Positions 13,901-30,718 are shown, numbered from the stretch's first letter. The stretch is DNA of 64,000 nucleotides from the human T2T-CHM13v2.0 reference genome, Homo sapiens (GCA_009914755.4 CP086569.2:19296001-19360000); one strand, 5' to 3'. The notes: generated by a model from the letters alone, not told the origin. A program made the numbers and translations.

Positions 13901-15994
13901 CCTCTCTGTGGCAACAGATGACCAGCCCTGCACAACTCTGGGGATACAGTGTCAGTGAGATGCCACTCCTGGTGCAGAGAAATGCAGGCAGAAGTGACTT
14001 TGGCAGAGGATGAGAGAAAGAGGCCGGCAGGGCTAGAGGGAGCCTGGGGAAGAGAAAAGGAGAGGGAAGGAGGACTCTGGGACCTAGAAGAATAAGACAG
14101 TGATCTGCTTCTCTCTGACAACATTCTCCCCAAACTTAGCATCTTTAACAACAAATTCTTACTATCTCACAATTTATGTGGACCAGAATCTGGACACAGC
14201 TTTGCTGGTTGCCTGCACATGGGGCTCCATGAAGCTGGGGCTGTGCTCTCAGCTGAAGCTGAGCTGTGAGAGGATTAGATTCCAAGCACACTCATATGGG
14301 TATTGTCCAGATTCAGTGTAGACTGAGAGCCTGAGTGTTTCCTGGGGCCTGGGCACTCCCTCATTCTCTGTTGTGTAGGCCACTGCATAGGCAGCTCATA
14401 ACTCTGGATCTTGTTTTCTGAACTTGAGGGATGCAGTAGAAAGACAGGGAAATAAATACACATTGAAAGAGAAAGAGAAAGACATTGGCAGAAAATGGGA
14501 GAGAAAACAATGGGCAGAGTAAGTAGAAGAATGAGAGAAATAGATTGAGGGACAAAACACAGAAGAAAGAGACGAGGAGAAAATGAGGTGAAAGCCTCAG
14601 GAACAGTATTACTGGCTCTATAAACAAAACAAAACAAAACACAACAAAAAACCCAGAGAACTCCATCCTCCACTATCTGTCAGGCAAATATAGAATGTAA
14701 AGACTACAGTCTGAAACTCAGAAGAGAGAGTTCTCACTAGAGCTCGACCATGCTGGCATTCTGATCTTCAACTTCTGTCCTCCAGAACTGTGAGAAAGAA
14801 CATTGAAGAACATTGTACTGTTGATAAGCGGCTCATTCTATCTTTGCTGTAACAGCCAATCTAAGACAGAAATGTTATCATATCACATTTATTGCATTCC
14901 ATTTGTCAGAAGTGAGCTGCAGACCCCTTAGTGTTATGAGCCTTCCTATAGTCTGCCAACCACATAGGCCAAAATGAGGGACATGGGTCTGATTCTGAAT
15001 ATAATGAGAAGGCTCTAAAAAGAATAATGTCAGAGGATGACAACATGTGAATTTCATTTCACCTCAAATTCTTACTAGTGTAGAATGAAAAATGAGGCTG
15101 AGAGGGGAAGCGACTTTCCAATATCACAGTGCTGGACACAGGCCTGCTTGTGTTGTATTCTATGTTACCTCCCATTCCTTCTTATAATTATTTTATCTCT
15201 AAATGCGTGCATTGTCTACATGGGATGCCACACCATGAGTTTTACAGGTCTTATCTCATACACACCCGATGAGTTCCCTAGGGAGATGCTGGCATATTAC
15301 CCACTGTACAGGTTGAAAGGCCCCAAAACCTACAATAACTTTTCTAGTGTCACAGAACTAATAAGAAATACTAGGTTCTTACCCAGATCTATGACCTCAA
15401 ACCTGAGACCCTGGCTTCATTCAGGTCTTTTCAGGGAAGTGAGGAGGGCTGTTCTTGCATAATTGTGCACAGCTAAAGAGTTGACACGCAGGGATAGTGA
15501 GCAGTCAGTAGCCCAGAAGGTCATTTTAGATGGGTTTTATGGAGGAAAGCAAGGAGCCAGAGGATGAAACTTTGAAAAAGTGATCTTACTTCCTTTGTGA
15601 CAGACCCCAACAGAACTTAGAACTCTGGTAACCAAGCACCTACATCCTAGAGACAACCCTGTGCCCAGGTCACTCATGGAAAATGTTTAACAGAGCACAA
15701 TATGCTCCTGGTAGATCCCAATACTCTTAGGCTCTTGATTCAGGAAGGCCTAAAGTGAAAACCTTTTCTGAGATGCTGACATTGGCTTATTCCACACACC
15801 AGATGTCTCTGGAAATTTTGTAGGGGTTGCCCAGAGATAACAAACACTAAGCTTAGGGCAAGCCCCTCCAGGCTGGGTCTCACCAGTGCTTTCATTTACC
15901 TTGCATTAGAATGTATGGAAAAAACAGGAATTTAAAATAGCAAAGATTGACCCAAACTACTTTTTTATTAGATTCCCTAAGGTTCTGTATTGGT

Positions 15995-16262
15995 GTTGTT
16001 GTTGTTTTGTTTCTTTGTTTGAGACAAGACCTAACTCTCACTCAGGCTGGAGTTCAGTGGCACAATCACAGCTCACTGTAGCCTAGATCTCCTGAGCTCG
16101 AGCAATTCTCTCACCTCAGCCTCCCAAGTAGCCGAGAGACTACTGGTGCACACCACCACACCTGGCTAATATATATATATATATATTATTTTTAGCAGAG
16201 ATGAGGTCTCATTGTGTTGCCCAGGTCTGTCTTGAACTCCTGAACTCAAGCAATCCTCAATT
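15995..16262 (-). mobile_element. Alu (older, AluJ-like), antisense
   Basis: Reverse complement of the Alu consensus ('gagacaagacctaactctcactcaggctggagttcagtggcacaatcac...cacacctggctaat'). A poly-T/(GTT)n tract precedes it. Confidence 0.85.
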
Positions 16263-16865
16263 TTTGATACATAAATATGCTAGGTGTAGGATTCTTAGTC
16301 GAGAGCTTTATTTTTTTTTTCTGTGAGCAGTGACCAAGGAAAGTTTCAAAAGAAGAAATAGAGAAACTTTAAATAAGGCAATTAAATGAACAAATAAAGA
16401 GCTAAGAAAAAACAAAGATTGAGTATTGAGGTTGTATTTATGGCAGCTAATGATAGACTGGATCCAGTCAGAGAGTTCAAGCAGAATTGTATTTGCAGAG
16501 AGTAGAAGTCAGAGAGTGAGGGTGTCCAAAATGAAGCCAACTGGAATATTTTTTTGTTACAGAATCAAAAACAATGCATGGGGACACACCATGCCAAACC
16601 CAAACAGGCTGAGCTGTTGCTCTGCACTAAGAAATATAGGTTTATGGGAAGAAAAGCTACCATCATAACAACAAGTGTATTTGTATTTAAAAAAATCATA
16701 AATGTGCAGTTATAATCAGGATTAAGGTTAAAGTTATATTTCAGGTTTGGTTGGTGGGTGTCACAAAGCAAAAAATGTGTCTGTTGCCAAGAAGTGGGCA
16801 TTCTAGTTTGCAAAATAAAATATCCCCATGACTAGAGACAGAAGATAACAAAAAGGGATGGGATG

Positions 16866-17185
<320 letters not shown>

Positions 17186-17935
17186 GGGATGGCATGGAAA
17201 ACACAAGTTCCTGGAAATTTATGTCAAAATCAGATATATAAAGAAGGACAATGTGCATCTCAGTCATCAATTCTGCCTGTAATTGAGGTTTTTTTCTGCC
17301 CTTGATAAATATACCAGGCCTACTACGTGACAGGTGAAAAGCAGCCTACATTCTGTTTCCCCTGCAAGATGCCTTGACTTAGGGATCTGTTCCCAGGGGA
17401 AAAAGCACATCTTTTAAGTACTTTTGGAGCATGAGTTATCTTCCAAATTCCAACAAAGTAGCTTATATTTCTAGGTGACCCTAAGACCACTAAAGAAGAA
17501 ATAAATGAAGACCATGAAACTTTCTTGAACTTGTGGAAATCCATGAGAAAATCTGACATTAAGTTCTATTCTCCTGGAAGGTAGAAATATTGTTTGACTT
17601 CTGTTTTGCTGAGAAGAAATGTGGTCCTGAGCAAGGCTACCTGGGACAATGACCTCACACATGGAAAACGTTGGAGCCCATCTGTTTCCTATCTGCTGTT
17701 TTTCAAAAATTAGGAGAGTTCAGTTTTCCCTTTGATACTGTCTGTTTCTAACAATCCCAGTGCCAGGGCTGTCCTGCTTCTTCAAGTGACAATGACAAAT
17801 ACAGGCCTGAAGGAAGATGAGCTGATGGCATTCCCCGCTTATTACCACTCCTTGGGGGCCTTATCTCCCATACATGGATTCAATTCTTAGACTGAGTTGG
17901 GTGAGTATCTATTATTCAGCTGCATTAGAAGTGGC

Positions 17936-18338
<403 letters not shown>

Positions 18339-18796
18339 TTAGAACTTTCTCCTCATAGTTACCATCTTACTATCACTAAATCATAGCTAAAATAAGGAAA
18401 TTATTTAAGAAGAAATAGAAATATAATCTTATGAGGACATAAATTTAGAGATTTATGGAAAAGCCTTCATAATTTTATGGTGTTCTCTTTGAGCTGGGAT
18501 TATAGTTGACATTTCATTATGGTATATTAGCTATACCAGACTTTTGCATTTATGTAAAGTTTTTAAAATTATACTTTAAGTTCTGGGATACATGGGCAGG
18601 GCGTGCAGGTTTGTTACATAGGTATAGACATGCCATGGTGGTTTGCTGCACCCATCAACCAGTCATCTACATTAGGTATTTCTCCTAAAGCTATTCCGCC
18701 CCCAGCCCCCCACCCTCAGACCAGCCCTAGTGTGTGATGTTCCCCTGCTTGTGTCCATGTGTTCTCTTGTATTGTCCAACTCACACTTATGAGTGA

Positions 18797-19135
<339 letters not shown>

Positions 19136-20854
19136 TTTTCTTTTCTTATACTAGTTTGCTAAGCATGACGGTTTTCAGCTTCATCCTTGTCCCTGGAAAG
19201 GACAGAAACTTATCCCGTTTTATGGCTGCATAGTATTCCATGGTATATATTTGCCACATTTTCTTTATCCAGTCTATTATTGATCGGCATTTGGATTGGT
19301 TCCAAGTCTTTGCTATTGTGAACAGTGCTGAAATAAACATGTGTTCACGTGTCTTTACAGAAGAATGACTTATACTCCTTTCGGTATATACCCAGTAATG
19401 GGATTGCTGGGTCAAATGGTATTTTTGGTTTTAGATCCTTTAGGAACTGCTACACTGACTTCCACAAATTTTGAACTAATTAAAACTCCCACTAACAGTG
19501 TAAAAGCGTTCGTATTTTCCACGCCCTGTCCAGCATCTGTTGTTTCCTGACTTTTTAATAATCACCATTCTAACTGGTGTGAAATGGTATTTCATTGTGG
19601 TTTTGATTTGCGTTTCTCTAATGACCAATGATGATGAGGTTTTTTTTTTTCAAATGTTTTTTGGCCGCATAAATGACTTCTTTTGAGAAGTGTCCTCTTG
19701 TTTCCTTTGCCCACATTTTGATGGGATTGTTTTTTTCTTGTAAATTTGTTTAAGTTCTTTGTAGATTCTGGATTCTGCATATTAGCCCTCTGTCAGATGG
19801 ATAGATTGCAAAAATTTTCTCACATTGTGTAGGTTGCCTATTCACTCTGATGATAGTTTCTTCTGCTGTGCAGAAGCTCTTTAGTTTAATTAGATCCCGT
19901 TTGTCAATTCTGGCTTTTGTTACCATTGTTTTTCCTGTTTTAGTCATGAAGTCTTTGCCCATGCCTATGTCCTAAATGATGTTGCCTAGGTTTTCTCCTG
20001 GAGTTTTTATGGTTTTAGGTATTATGCTTAAGTCTTTAATTCATCTTCAGTTAATTCTTGTGTAAGGTGTAAGGAAGACATACAGTTTCAGTTTCCTGCA
20101 TATGGCTAGCCTATTTTCGAAACACAATTTATTAAATAAAGCATCCCTTCCCTGTTGCTTGTGTTTGTCAGATTTGTCACCACATGCTTGCATGTGTATG
20201 GTCTTATTCCTGAGTTCCCTATTCTGTTCAATTGGTCTATATGTCTGTGTTCGTTCAAGTACCGTGCTGTTTTGGTTACTGTATCCTTATAGTGTAGTTT
20301 GAAGTTGGGTAGTGTGATGCCTCCAGCTTTGTTCTTTTTGCTTAGAATTGTTTTGACTATTTGGGCTCTTTTTTGTTCCATAAGAATTTTAAAATAGTTT
20401 CTTCTAATTCTGTGAAGAATATCAATGGTAGTTTAATGGGAATAGCATTGAATTCTTTTACAAATTACTTTGGGCAGTGTGGCCATTTTTATGAATTAAT
20501 TCTTCCTACCCATGAACATGGAATGTTTCTCCATTTGTTTGTGTCCTCTCTGATTTCTCTGAGCAGTGGTTTGTAGTCCTCCTTGAAGAGGTCCTTCATT
20601 TCTCATGTTAGCTATATTCCTAGGTATTTTATTCTCTTTGTAGCAATTGTGAAAGAAGTTCATTCATGTTTGGCTCTCTGCTTGCCTGTTGTTGGTGTAT
20701 TGGAATGCTAGTGACTTTTGCATATTGATTTTGTATCCTGAGACTTTGCTAAAGTGGTTTATCAGCTTAAGAAGGTTTGGGGCTGAGATGATGGGGTTTT
20801 CTAGACACAGGATCATGTCATCTGCAGACAAAGATAATTTGACTTGCTCTCTTC

Positions 20855-21253
20855 CTATTTAAATACCTTTATTTCTTTCTCCTGCCCAATTGCCCTGGCC
20901 AGAAGTTTCAATACTATGTTGAATAAAACTGGTGAGAGAGGCCATCCTTGTCTTGTGCCTGTTTTCAAGGAGAATAGTTTCAAATTTTGCCCATTCAGTA
21001 TGATATTGGCTGTGGGTTTGTCATGTATGGATCTTACTATTTTGAGGTATGATCCTTCAGTAGCTAGTTTATTGAGAGTTTTTGACATGAAGGGATGTTG
21101 AGTTTTATTGAAGGCATTTTCTGTATCTATTGAGATAATCACACTGTTTTTGTGTTTACTTCTGCTTATGTGATGAATTACATTTATAGATTTGGCTTTG
21201 TTGAAGCAACCTTGTAACCCGAGGATGAAGCCATCTTGATCATGGTGGATCAA
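20855..21253 (-). pseudogene. L1 ORF2 reverse-transcriptase domain remnant
   Basis: Translated ORF '[63 protein letters not shown]...' is a recognisable L1 ORF2 RT. It is truncated on both sides. Confidence 0.85.
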
Positions 21254-24004
21254 TGTATCTGTATCAGTCTCAGGTTCAGTCTTTTTACATAATCACATAT
21301 TTCTTGAAGTTTTTGTTCATTCTTTTTGTTCTTTTTTTTCTATTCTTCTCTTCCTGTCTTATATCAGAGAGACAGTTTTCAAGCTTTGAGATTGTTTCCT
21401 CCACTTGGCCTATTCTCCTAATGATACTTATGGTTGCATTGTGAAGTTCTCATGTTGTGTTTTTCAGCTCTGTCAGGTCAGTTATATTCCCCTTAAACTG
21501 AATATTCTGGTTATCAGCTCCTGCACTGCTCCTTCAGCTTAGTGAAGTTTTTTATTACCCACCTTCTAAAGCCTACTTTTGTCAATTCAGCCATCTCAGC
21601 ATCTGGCCAGTTCTGCACCCTTACTAGGGATGTGTTGTTGTCATTTAGAAGAGAAGAGGCATTGTGCCTTTTTGAGTTTTTAACATTTTTGTGTTGATGC
21701 CTTCTCATCTTTGTGGGCTTATCTACCTTTGATCCTTGATGTTGCTGACCCTTGAATGGGGTTTTTGTGGGATCTTTTTTGTTGATGTTGTTGCTTTCTG
21801 TTTGTTTTTAACAGCCAGACCACTCTTCCTAGGGCTGCTGTGGTTTTCAGGGGGTCCACTCTGGATCTTAGTCACCTCAGTCTCTCCTGCACCTGGAGGT
21901 ATCACCAGTGAAGGCTGCAAAACAGCAAAGATGGCAGTATGGTCCTTTCTCTGTGAGCACCATTCCAAGGGGGTACTGACTTGATGCCAGCTGGAACGCT
22001 CCTGTAGGAGGTGTCTGGAGACCCCTTTTGGGAGGTCTTGCCCAGTCAGGAGGAACAGGATCAGGGACTGCTTAAAGAAGCAGTCTGGCTGCCCCTTGGC
22101 AGAGTAGGTGTGCTGTGCTGACCCCTGGGAATCTCTAGAGACATCAGGCTGGAAAGGCTAGGTTGGCTGAACTGGGGAGACAGCAGCTATCCATCTCCCT
22201 GGGGACTTCATCCCAGGGAGAAATCAGAGTTCTGTCCATAGAACTCTGGCTAGAGCGGCTAAATATCTGATGGGGAGGTCCTGTCTAGTGAGGAGGGATG
22301 GATTGAGGCCTCACTTAAAGAAGCAGACTGGCCACATTCAGGCACAGCACCTGTGCTGTGTTATGGGGAGCTCCTCCTGGTCCTTGGTGCCAGCGGGCTA
22401 CAGCGGCCAACTCAAACCACAGATAACAGTGGCTGCCCCTCCCTCCCTCCGGGAACTGGGTCCATCTCCAGCTGTTTCCAGCCTGCTGCCGCTGGCCAGC
22501 TGGAATTCTAAGTCAGTGGGTCTTAACTTGTGACGTGCTGTGGGAGTGGGGCCCACAGAATGATGCCACTTGGCTCGCTGGATTCAGCCCCCTTACTAGG
22601 GGAATGCATGGATATGTCTCCCACTTTGCTGGAATTCTCGGGGCAGAGTATGCAAAACTCCTGGATTTCCATGCATGCCCCAGTGAGCCAGCGAGCACTA
22701 GGCTGAGACTCCACACAGCTCTGTGTTTCAGACCCAAGCCATGGTGCCTGGGCCTACGAGGGGATCTCCTGATCTACAGGTTGCAAAGATCCGTGGGAGA
22801 AGCATGGTTTGCCAGACAAAGTCGCACAATCACTCACCGCCTCACTTGGCTGCGAGTGAGTGCTCCCCCAGCTCGTGCCACACCTGTGTGGGCCATCGCC
22901 CCACTTGCTTTTCCTCACTGTCTGTGGGTCGAGCTGTCTGCCTAGTCAGTCACAATGCAAGAGCCTGGGTACCTCAATTGAAGGTGTAGAATTCACTCAC
23001 AGTTTTCATTGCTCTCCGTGAGAGCCACGGGCCACAGCTGCTTCTAATCGACCAGCTTGGCCCCATCTAAAGTATGATTTCTTAATACATGAGCTGTTTT
23101 AAATAAATAAAAATAATGATACTTATCACAAATAATATTTTTTCACAAAGTGATATAAAAATTGCTAATAAATCAATTCTTTTTTGATTGCCACAAAACT
23201 ATCTGGAAATGTATCGTCTGCCATTTATAAATTTTTTGTAGAGTTAATAGAACTTTACCAGAAGGCTGGCAATATGCATCACGATTTCAAATATTGTATT
23301 AATTGTTTTATAATTTTGTGTTTTTTAAAACTAAACTTATTAAATTGGTTATATATTACTTTAGGTAACACTATTTGGTGATGAGAGAATAATAATTTGT
23401 AAAATATTAAGAATATGAGTTCCTTATTACAAAAATGTCCTCTGTTTTATATTACTACCATTTCCTCTGAAAGTTTAGAATTGCAGTTTTCTAATTAAAA
23501 CATATATTCACAAATGTGACTTGTAAATGTTACTATTTGTAATTTGTTTTTGTTTTTTTTTTTTTTTTTTGCATTTGGTAGTGACAGGATTTTTTGGTGT
23601 CTTCTTCTTCAAAATAAAAGGTAGAGAGAATGGAATCAGGAAAGATTAAAACACAAAGGAAAACAATGATGATGGTAGAGATTATTCATTTGCAGCTGGC
23701 CAGGGCCTAAAAATATCAAGAAGAAACATGATGAATACAAAACCTGCATGTCCCTGAATATGATGGAATTTTTAATTTCTATTAAAATTATTCATGATAA
23801 AAATCTCTGTACTTTGCACATTTAAGAGAGAGAAAATCAGAGTGCAGGGACCTCCCCTGATCCTGATAAGAGCATCCAAAGTAGAAAGGATGTGTCTTAA
23901 TCTCCTCCCAAATCCACGGTAGAAACAGTTGCTCTGGGTATCTTATTACAGTGATGCACAGGGACATGTTGGTCAAAGAGCTTGCACACTTTAAAAAAGA
24001 AACG

Positions 24005-24342
<338 letters not shown>

Positions 24343-24408
24343 CTACACATCTCCATTACTGTAGATCTACATCATTTATATTAAATTTATGAACAACTTA
24401 CATAATAA

Positions 24409-24862
<454 letters not shown>

Positions 24863-26329
24863 ATATATTCTTAAATAATGAGATAAGAAAAACCTATCAC
24901 CAGGCAGGATTTTTAGAAGTTTCCAAAAATTGTAACATGAATTGTGATCAAGCCCCTCCCCTGTTTTCTGTCTTTTGTCTCTGCAATAGCAGCTCTACTA
25001 CTTTTTTCCTCAACGAGCTAAGAATTAAATGTATTGAGATCATGAATATCTATGTTAGTAAACAATGTTATTCTGGCTTCATCCTGCATTAAATTAAATT
25101 GTCAGAGAAATTTAGACGTATTTTAGTTCTTTGGTTATTACAATTATTCTTTTGGCATTTCTGCATTTCACAAGGTTCTTTTCATGGAAATATCTAGTTA
25201 GAAAGAATAATACTTTTCTAAAATTGTGAAATCAGTTTCTCAGGTTGCCAAGTATTGCCACTGCACAAACCAACCTTCCTTCATCTGTCCCATGAAACTG
25301 TCATAATCACTTTATGTTGTTGATATCCAGCCATAGGTCTCACAGTGCTGTTTATTGAATATCACCAAAATGATTGTGAACAAGAAATTATCAATATAAT
25401 AATGAAACACCTCAGTATTTTATTATATAAGTTGTATATACATTTAATTTAAGCCAGAGCACAAAGATCTGTAGACAAATCATGTCATTTTAAAAAAATT
25501 TCAACAGATTTGACATTATCATAACGATGAAGAAACAGATTTATTGAGCTCCATTTTCTTTAAATTATTTTTTATTATACTCCCTTTCTTTGCTTCAGAC
25601 ATCTGATCTAAACATCTGCAGTATTTGTGAGCAGTCTTTTGTTCTGGTACATTTAATGGTGTTGTTTTTCCCACAACTACTCATGATTATATATATACTT
25701 AGGGACTTAACACAATTTTGAAGGGTAAGCAAGCACAGTGAGAATGAACTTGATTTGCATTGTCTGTCTCTGAGAGTGCTCAGCGACGTCCCCCTCAGCC
25801 CAAGGACAATCTGGTTGCCACATCTCCTGGTGAGAGCTGAGATGTACATCCTGATTTCTGTTTTTAATGTATCATATGGGACTCAGTTTTCTTTTATACT
25901 CTTACCAACCCATATGACCTCTAAGGATTTTTCTTTCATTCTTTTTTCCCCATGTCTGTACAATGTTACCATAAATCCCATGATACTTCTATAATGGATG
26001 TTTCAGATTCACTGAAAGAAAATATAAGAAACAACAGTAAAGTTTAAAACTGGGATAAGCAATGAATAACTTTTTAGTATGGCTACGCAATATTTGCATA
26101 TTTGTATGTAATATGTTTAAGCAAGTATTGGAAGATATTTATACAAATAATTACCTTACTTACACAAAATTCAAATTGAGTCAAGTGTCTTATAATTTTT
26201 TAATTTTTAATTTTCGTAGGTACATAAGTGTATATATTTATAACATACACGAGATGATTTGACACAGACATACAAAGTTAAACAATCACATCACAAAGAA
26301 TGGGACATCCATCCCCTCAAACATTTATT

Positions 26330-27360
26330 TTTGAGTTGTGAACAATCTAATTACACTCTTTAAGTTATTTTAAAATGTACAATTACATTATTATTGACTA
26401 TAGTCGCCCTATTGTGCTATCAAATAGCAACTGTCGTTCATTCTAATTATTTTTTGTACCCATGAACAATGCCCACCTCACCCTATCTCCCCAATATCCT
26501 TCCCAGCCTCTGGTAATCATCCTTCTATGCTCTATGTTCATGAGTTCAAGTGGGTTGATTTTGAGATCCCACAAATAAGTGAGGATATATGATGTTTGTC
26601 TTTCTGTGCCTGGCTATTTCACTTAACATAATGATTCCCAGTTCCATCCATGGTCTTGCAGATGACTGGTTCTCATTCTTTTTTAAGGCTGAATGGTACT
26701 CCATTGTGTATATCTACCACATTTTTTAATCCATTCTTGATGGACACTCAGGTTACTTCCAAATCTTAGCTATTATAAATAGTGCTGCAACAAACACAGG
26801 AGTACAGATATCTCAACATACTGATTTCCTTTCTTTTGGGTATATACCCAACAGTAGGATTGCTAGATAATGTGGTAGCTCAATTTTTAGATTTTTGAGG
26901 AACATCAAAACATAAAAAAACCTCAAAACTATAAAAAACATTAGTGATGTTCTTTATAGTGATTATACTAATTTACATTCCCCCTAGCAATATATGAGGG
27001 TTCCCTTTTCTCTAAATTCTCCCTAGCATTTGTTATTTCCTGTATTTTGAATATAAGCCATTTTAACTCCAGTGAGATGATATTGCACTGCAGTTTCTAT
27101 TTGCCTTTCTCTATCAATGATGTTGAGCACCTATTCATATGCCTATTTGCCATTTGTATGTCTTCTTTGGAGGAATATATATTGAAGTCTTTTTTGCCAT
27201 TTTTGACCAGGTTATTGGATTTTTTCTTGTAGAGTTGTTTGAGCTCCTTATATATTGTGGTTATTAATCCTTTGTCAGATGGATAGTTTTCAATTTTTTT
27301 TCCCATTTTGTGGCTTGTCTCTTCGCTTTCCTGGTGTGTTATAGTTTATTTTTCATTTGT
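26330..27360 (-). mobile_element. L1M/L1PB-type LINE-1 3' portion (antisense)
   Basis: Antisense L1 3' UTR followed by ORF2 C-terminal antisense ('...gaggatatatgatgtttgtctttctgtgcctggctatttcacttaacataatgattcccagttccatccatg...'). It is interrupted at about 27360 by the next L1. Confidence 0.7.
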
Positions 27361-27726
27361 TATTTTAACTTTATTTTTCTATAAGTTGTTGGGGTACAGA
27401 TGGTATTTGGTTACATGAGTAAGTTCCTTAGTGGTGATTTGTGAGATTATGGTGCACATATTACCCAAGAAGTATACACTGCACCATACTCATAGTCTTT
27501 TATTGTTCACCTCCCTCCCACTTTTCTCCCAAAGTCCCCAAAGTCCATTGCATCATTGTCGTGCCTTTGTGTCCTCATAGCTTAGCTCCTACATATCAGT
27601 GAGAACATACGATGTTGAGTTTTCCATTCCTGGGTTACATCACTTAGAACTATAGTCTCCAATCTCATTCAGGTCATTGCAAATGATGTTAATTCATTCC
27701 TTTCTATGACTATGTAGTATTCCATC

Positions 27727-27947
27727 ATATATATATATATGTGTGTGTATATATATATATACACACATATATATGTATACACACACACATATATATACAC
27801 CACATATATATATCACATATGTATATACCACATATATATACCATATATATACACCATATATATATACACACCATATATATATACACACCATATATATACA
27901 CACACCATATATATATACACACACACACCATATATATATACGCACAC

Positions 27948-27985
<38 letters not shown>

Positions 27986-27986
27986 A
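27727..27986. repeat. Compound (TA)n/(CA)n/'ATATACACACC' microsatellite inside the L1
   Basis: About 260 bp of 'atatatacacaccatatatatacacacc...' ending in (CA)n. The ORFs across it (e.g. 27739-28167) are low-complexity by-products of the repeat. Confidence 0.95.
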
Positions 27987-29254
27987 CAGTTTCTTTATCC
28001 ACTTTTTGATTGATGGGCACCTGGGTTGGTTCCACGATTTTGTGGATTATGCTGCAATAGACATGCGTGTGCAAGTATGTTTTTCAAATAATGACTATTT
28101 TCCTCTGGGTAGATACCTAGTAGTGGGAATGCTGGATCAAATGGTAGTTCTACTTTTAGTTCTTTAAGGAATCTCCACATTGTTTTTCACAGTGGCTGTA
28201 CTAGTTTACATTCCCACCAGCAGTGTAGAAGTGTTCCGTGTTTACTGCATCCGTGGCAACATCTACTTTTATTTTATTTTTTGTTTGCATGAGGTAAGGT
28301 GGTATTGCATTTTGGTTTTGATTTGAATGTCCCTGATCATTAGTGATGGTGGGCATTTTTATTTATGTTTGTTAGCCATTTGTATATCTTCTTTTGAAAA
28401 CTGTCTATTCATGTCCTTAGCCCATTTTTGATGGGGTTGCTTGTTTTTTTCTTACTGATTTGTTTTAGATTTCTTACTGATTTGTTGTAGATTCTGGATA
28501 TTAGTCCTCTTTCAGATGTACAGATTGTGAAGATTTTCTCCCACTCTGTGGTTGTCTATTTACTCTGCTGACTGTTCCCTTTGCCATGCAAAAGCTCTTT
28601 AGTTTAATTAGGTCCCAGCTATTTATCTCTGTTTATCTGTTTTTATTGCATTTGCTTTTGGGTTCTTTGTCATGACATCCTTGCTTATGCCAGTGTCTAG
28701 AAGGGTTTATCCAGTGTTATCTTCTAGAATTTTTATAGTTTCAGGAATTAGGTTTAAGTCCTTCATCTATCTTGAGTAGCCTTTTGTATAAAGTGAGAGA
28801 TGAGAATCCAGTTTTATTCTCCTACGTGTGGCTCACAAATTATCGCAATATCATGTGTTGAAAAGGGTGTCCTTTCCCCACTTTATGTTTTCATTTACTT
28901 TGTCGAAGATCAGTTGGCTGTAAGTATTTGGGTTAGTTTCTAGGTTCTCTCTTCTGTTCCATTGGTCTATGTGCCTAGCTTTAAACCACTACCATTCTGT
29001 TTTGGTAACTATGTCCTTATTGTACAGTTTGAAATCAAGAGGTGTGTTGCTTCCAGGTTCATTCTTTTTGCTTAGTCTTAGTTTGACTATGCGGCTCTCA
29101 TTTGGTTCCACATGAATTTTAGAATTGTTTTTGTAGATTGCGTTGAATTTGTAGATTGCCTTTAACAGAAAGGTAATTTTCACAATATTGATTCTGCCAA
29201 TCCATAGTCATGGGGGTGAGTTTCCATTTGTCTGTGTCATCTATGATTTCTTTT

Positions 29255-29440
29255 CTTTGTTGTGTGTGTGTTTTTTTGTTTTTGTTTTTGTTTGTTCTGA
29301 GGGAGTTTCACTCTTGTCGCCAAGATGGGAGTGCAATGGCATGATCTTGGCTCACCACAACCTCTGCCTTCTGCGTTCAAGCGATTCTCCTGCCTCACTC
29401 TCCTGAGTAGCTGATTACAGGTGTGCGGCACCATACTTGG
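29255..29440 (-). mobile_element. 5'-truncated Alu (antisense) inserted in the L1, with a target-site duplication
   Basis: Reverse-complement Alu 3' half preceded by poly-T. The direct repeat 'catctatgatttcttt' lies on both sides (29231-29246 and 29443-29458). Confidence 0.85.
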
Positions 29441-30718
29441 CTACATCTATGATTTCTTTCAGCAGTGTTTTGCAATTTTCATTGTAGAGGTCTTTCAATT
29501 CCTTTGCTAGATATATTCCTAAGTTTTTGTTTGTTTGTTTTTGTTTTTGTTTGTTTTTTTGCAGCTATTGTGAAAGGGGTAGAGTTCTTGATGTGATTCT
29601 CTGCTTGGTAGCTGTTGGTGTAGAGAAGAGCTACTGATTTGTGTATATTAATCTTGTATCTGGAAACTTTCCTGAATTCTTTTATCAGTTCTAGGAGCTT
29701 TCTAGGGGAGTCCATAGGGTTTTCAAGGTGAAAGATCATATCATCAGCAACTAGTGACAGTTTGACTTCCTCTTTACCGATTTAGATTTCCTCTCCTTCT
29801 TTTTTCTGATTGCTCTGGCTAGGACTTCCCATACTATTTTGAAGAGGAGTGGTGAGAGTGGGCATCCTCATCTTGTTCCAGTTCTCAGAGGGAATGCTTT
29901 CACCTTTTCCCCATTCAGTATTATGTTGGCTGTGGGTTAGTCATAGATGGCTTTTATTACATTAATATATGTCCCTTGTATGCCTATTTTGTTGATGCAT
30001 CTGTTGATATGTTCATGTGAGTTTTGTCTTTAATTCTGTTCATGTGGTGTATCACGTTTACTGACATGCATATGTTAAACCATTCCTGTTTCCCTGGTAT
30101 GAAACCCATTTGATTATGGTGGATTATCTTTTTGACACATTGTTGGATTCGGTTAGCCAGTATTTTGTTAAGGATTTTGGCATCTGTGTTCCTCAAGGAT
30201 ATTGGTCTGTAGTTTTCTTTTTTGGTTATGTCCTTTCATGGTTTTAGTATTGGGGTGATGCCGTGTTCATAGAATGAATTAGGGAGTGTTCCTTCTTTCT
30301 CTATCTTGTAGAATAGTGTGAAAGGATTGGTATCAATTCTTCTTTGAATGTCTGGTAGAATTCTGCTGTGAATCTGTCTGGTCCTTGGATTTTTTTTTTT
30401 TTTTTTGGTAATTTTTAAATTACCATTTCAATCTTGCTACTTGCTATTGGTCTGTTTAGGCATATAATTCTTCCTGATTTAAGCTAGGACATTTGTATTT
30501 TTCCAGGAATTTATCCATCTCTTCTAGATTTTCTAGTTTATGTGCCTTAAGGTGTTCATAGTACCCATGAATGATCTTTATTATTTCAGTGGTGTCACTT
30601 GTAATATCCCCTGTTTCATTTCTTAGTGAGGTTATTTGGATTTTTTTCTCTTCTTGTCTTGGTTAATCTTGCTAACGGTCTCTCAATTTTATTTGTCCTT
30701 TCAAAGAACCAATGTGAC

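Larger units (their letters stand above)
27365..30718 (-). mobile_element. L1PB-type LINE-1 (antisense), 3' UTR through part of ORF2
   Basis: Starts 'gttggggtacagatggtatttggttacatgagtaagttccttagtggtgatttgtgagattatggtgcac', the reverse complement of an older L1 3' end. ORF 29984-30196 (minus strand) is L1 ORF2 RT ('...[39 protein letters not shown]...'). It ends abruptly at 30718, where the ERV LTR begins. Confidence 0.85.

Noticed and set aside
13678-14673. Minus-strand ORFs of 158, 132 and 101 aa in a GC-moderate region
   Set aside because: They are Ser/Leu/Pro/Phe-rich low-complexity translations with no domain resemblance, and the region looks like old MER/LTR-type interspersed repeat.
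27739-28167. Overlapping ORFs encoding 'YIYTHTHIY...' or 'CVCVCV...' peptides on both strands
   Set aside because: These are products of the (TA)n/(CA)n compound microsatellite inside the L1.
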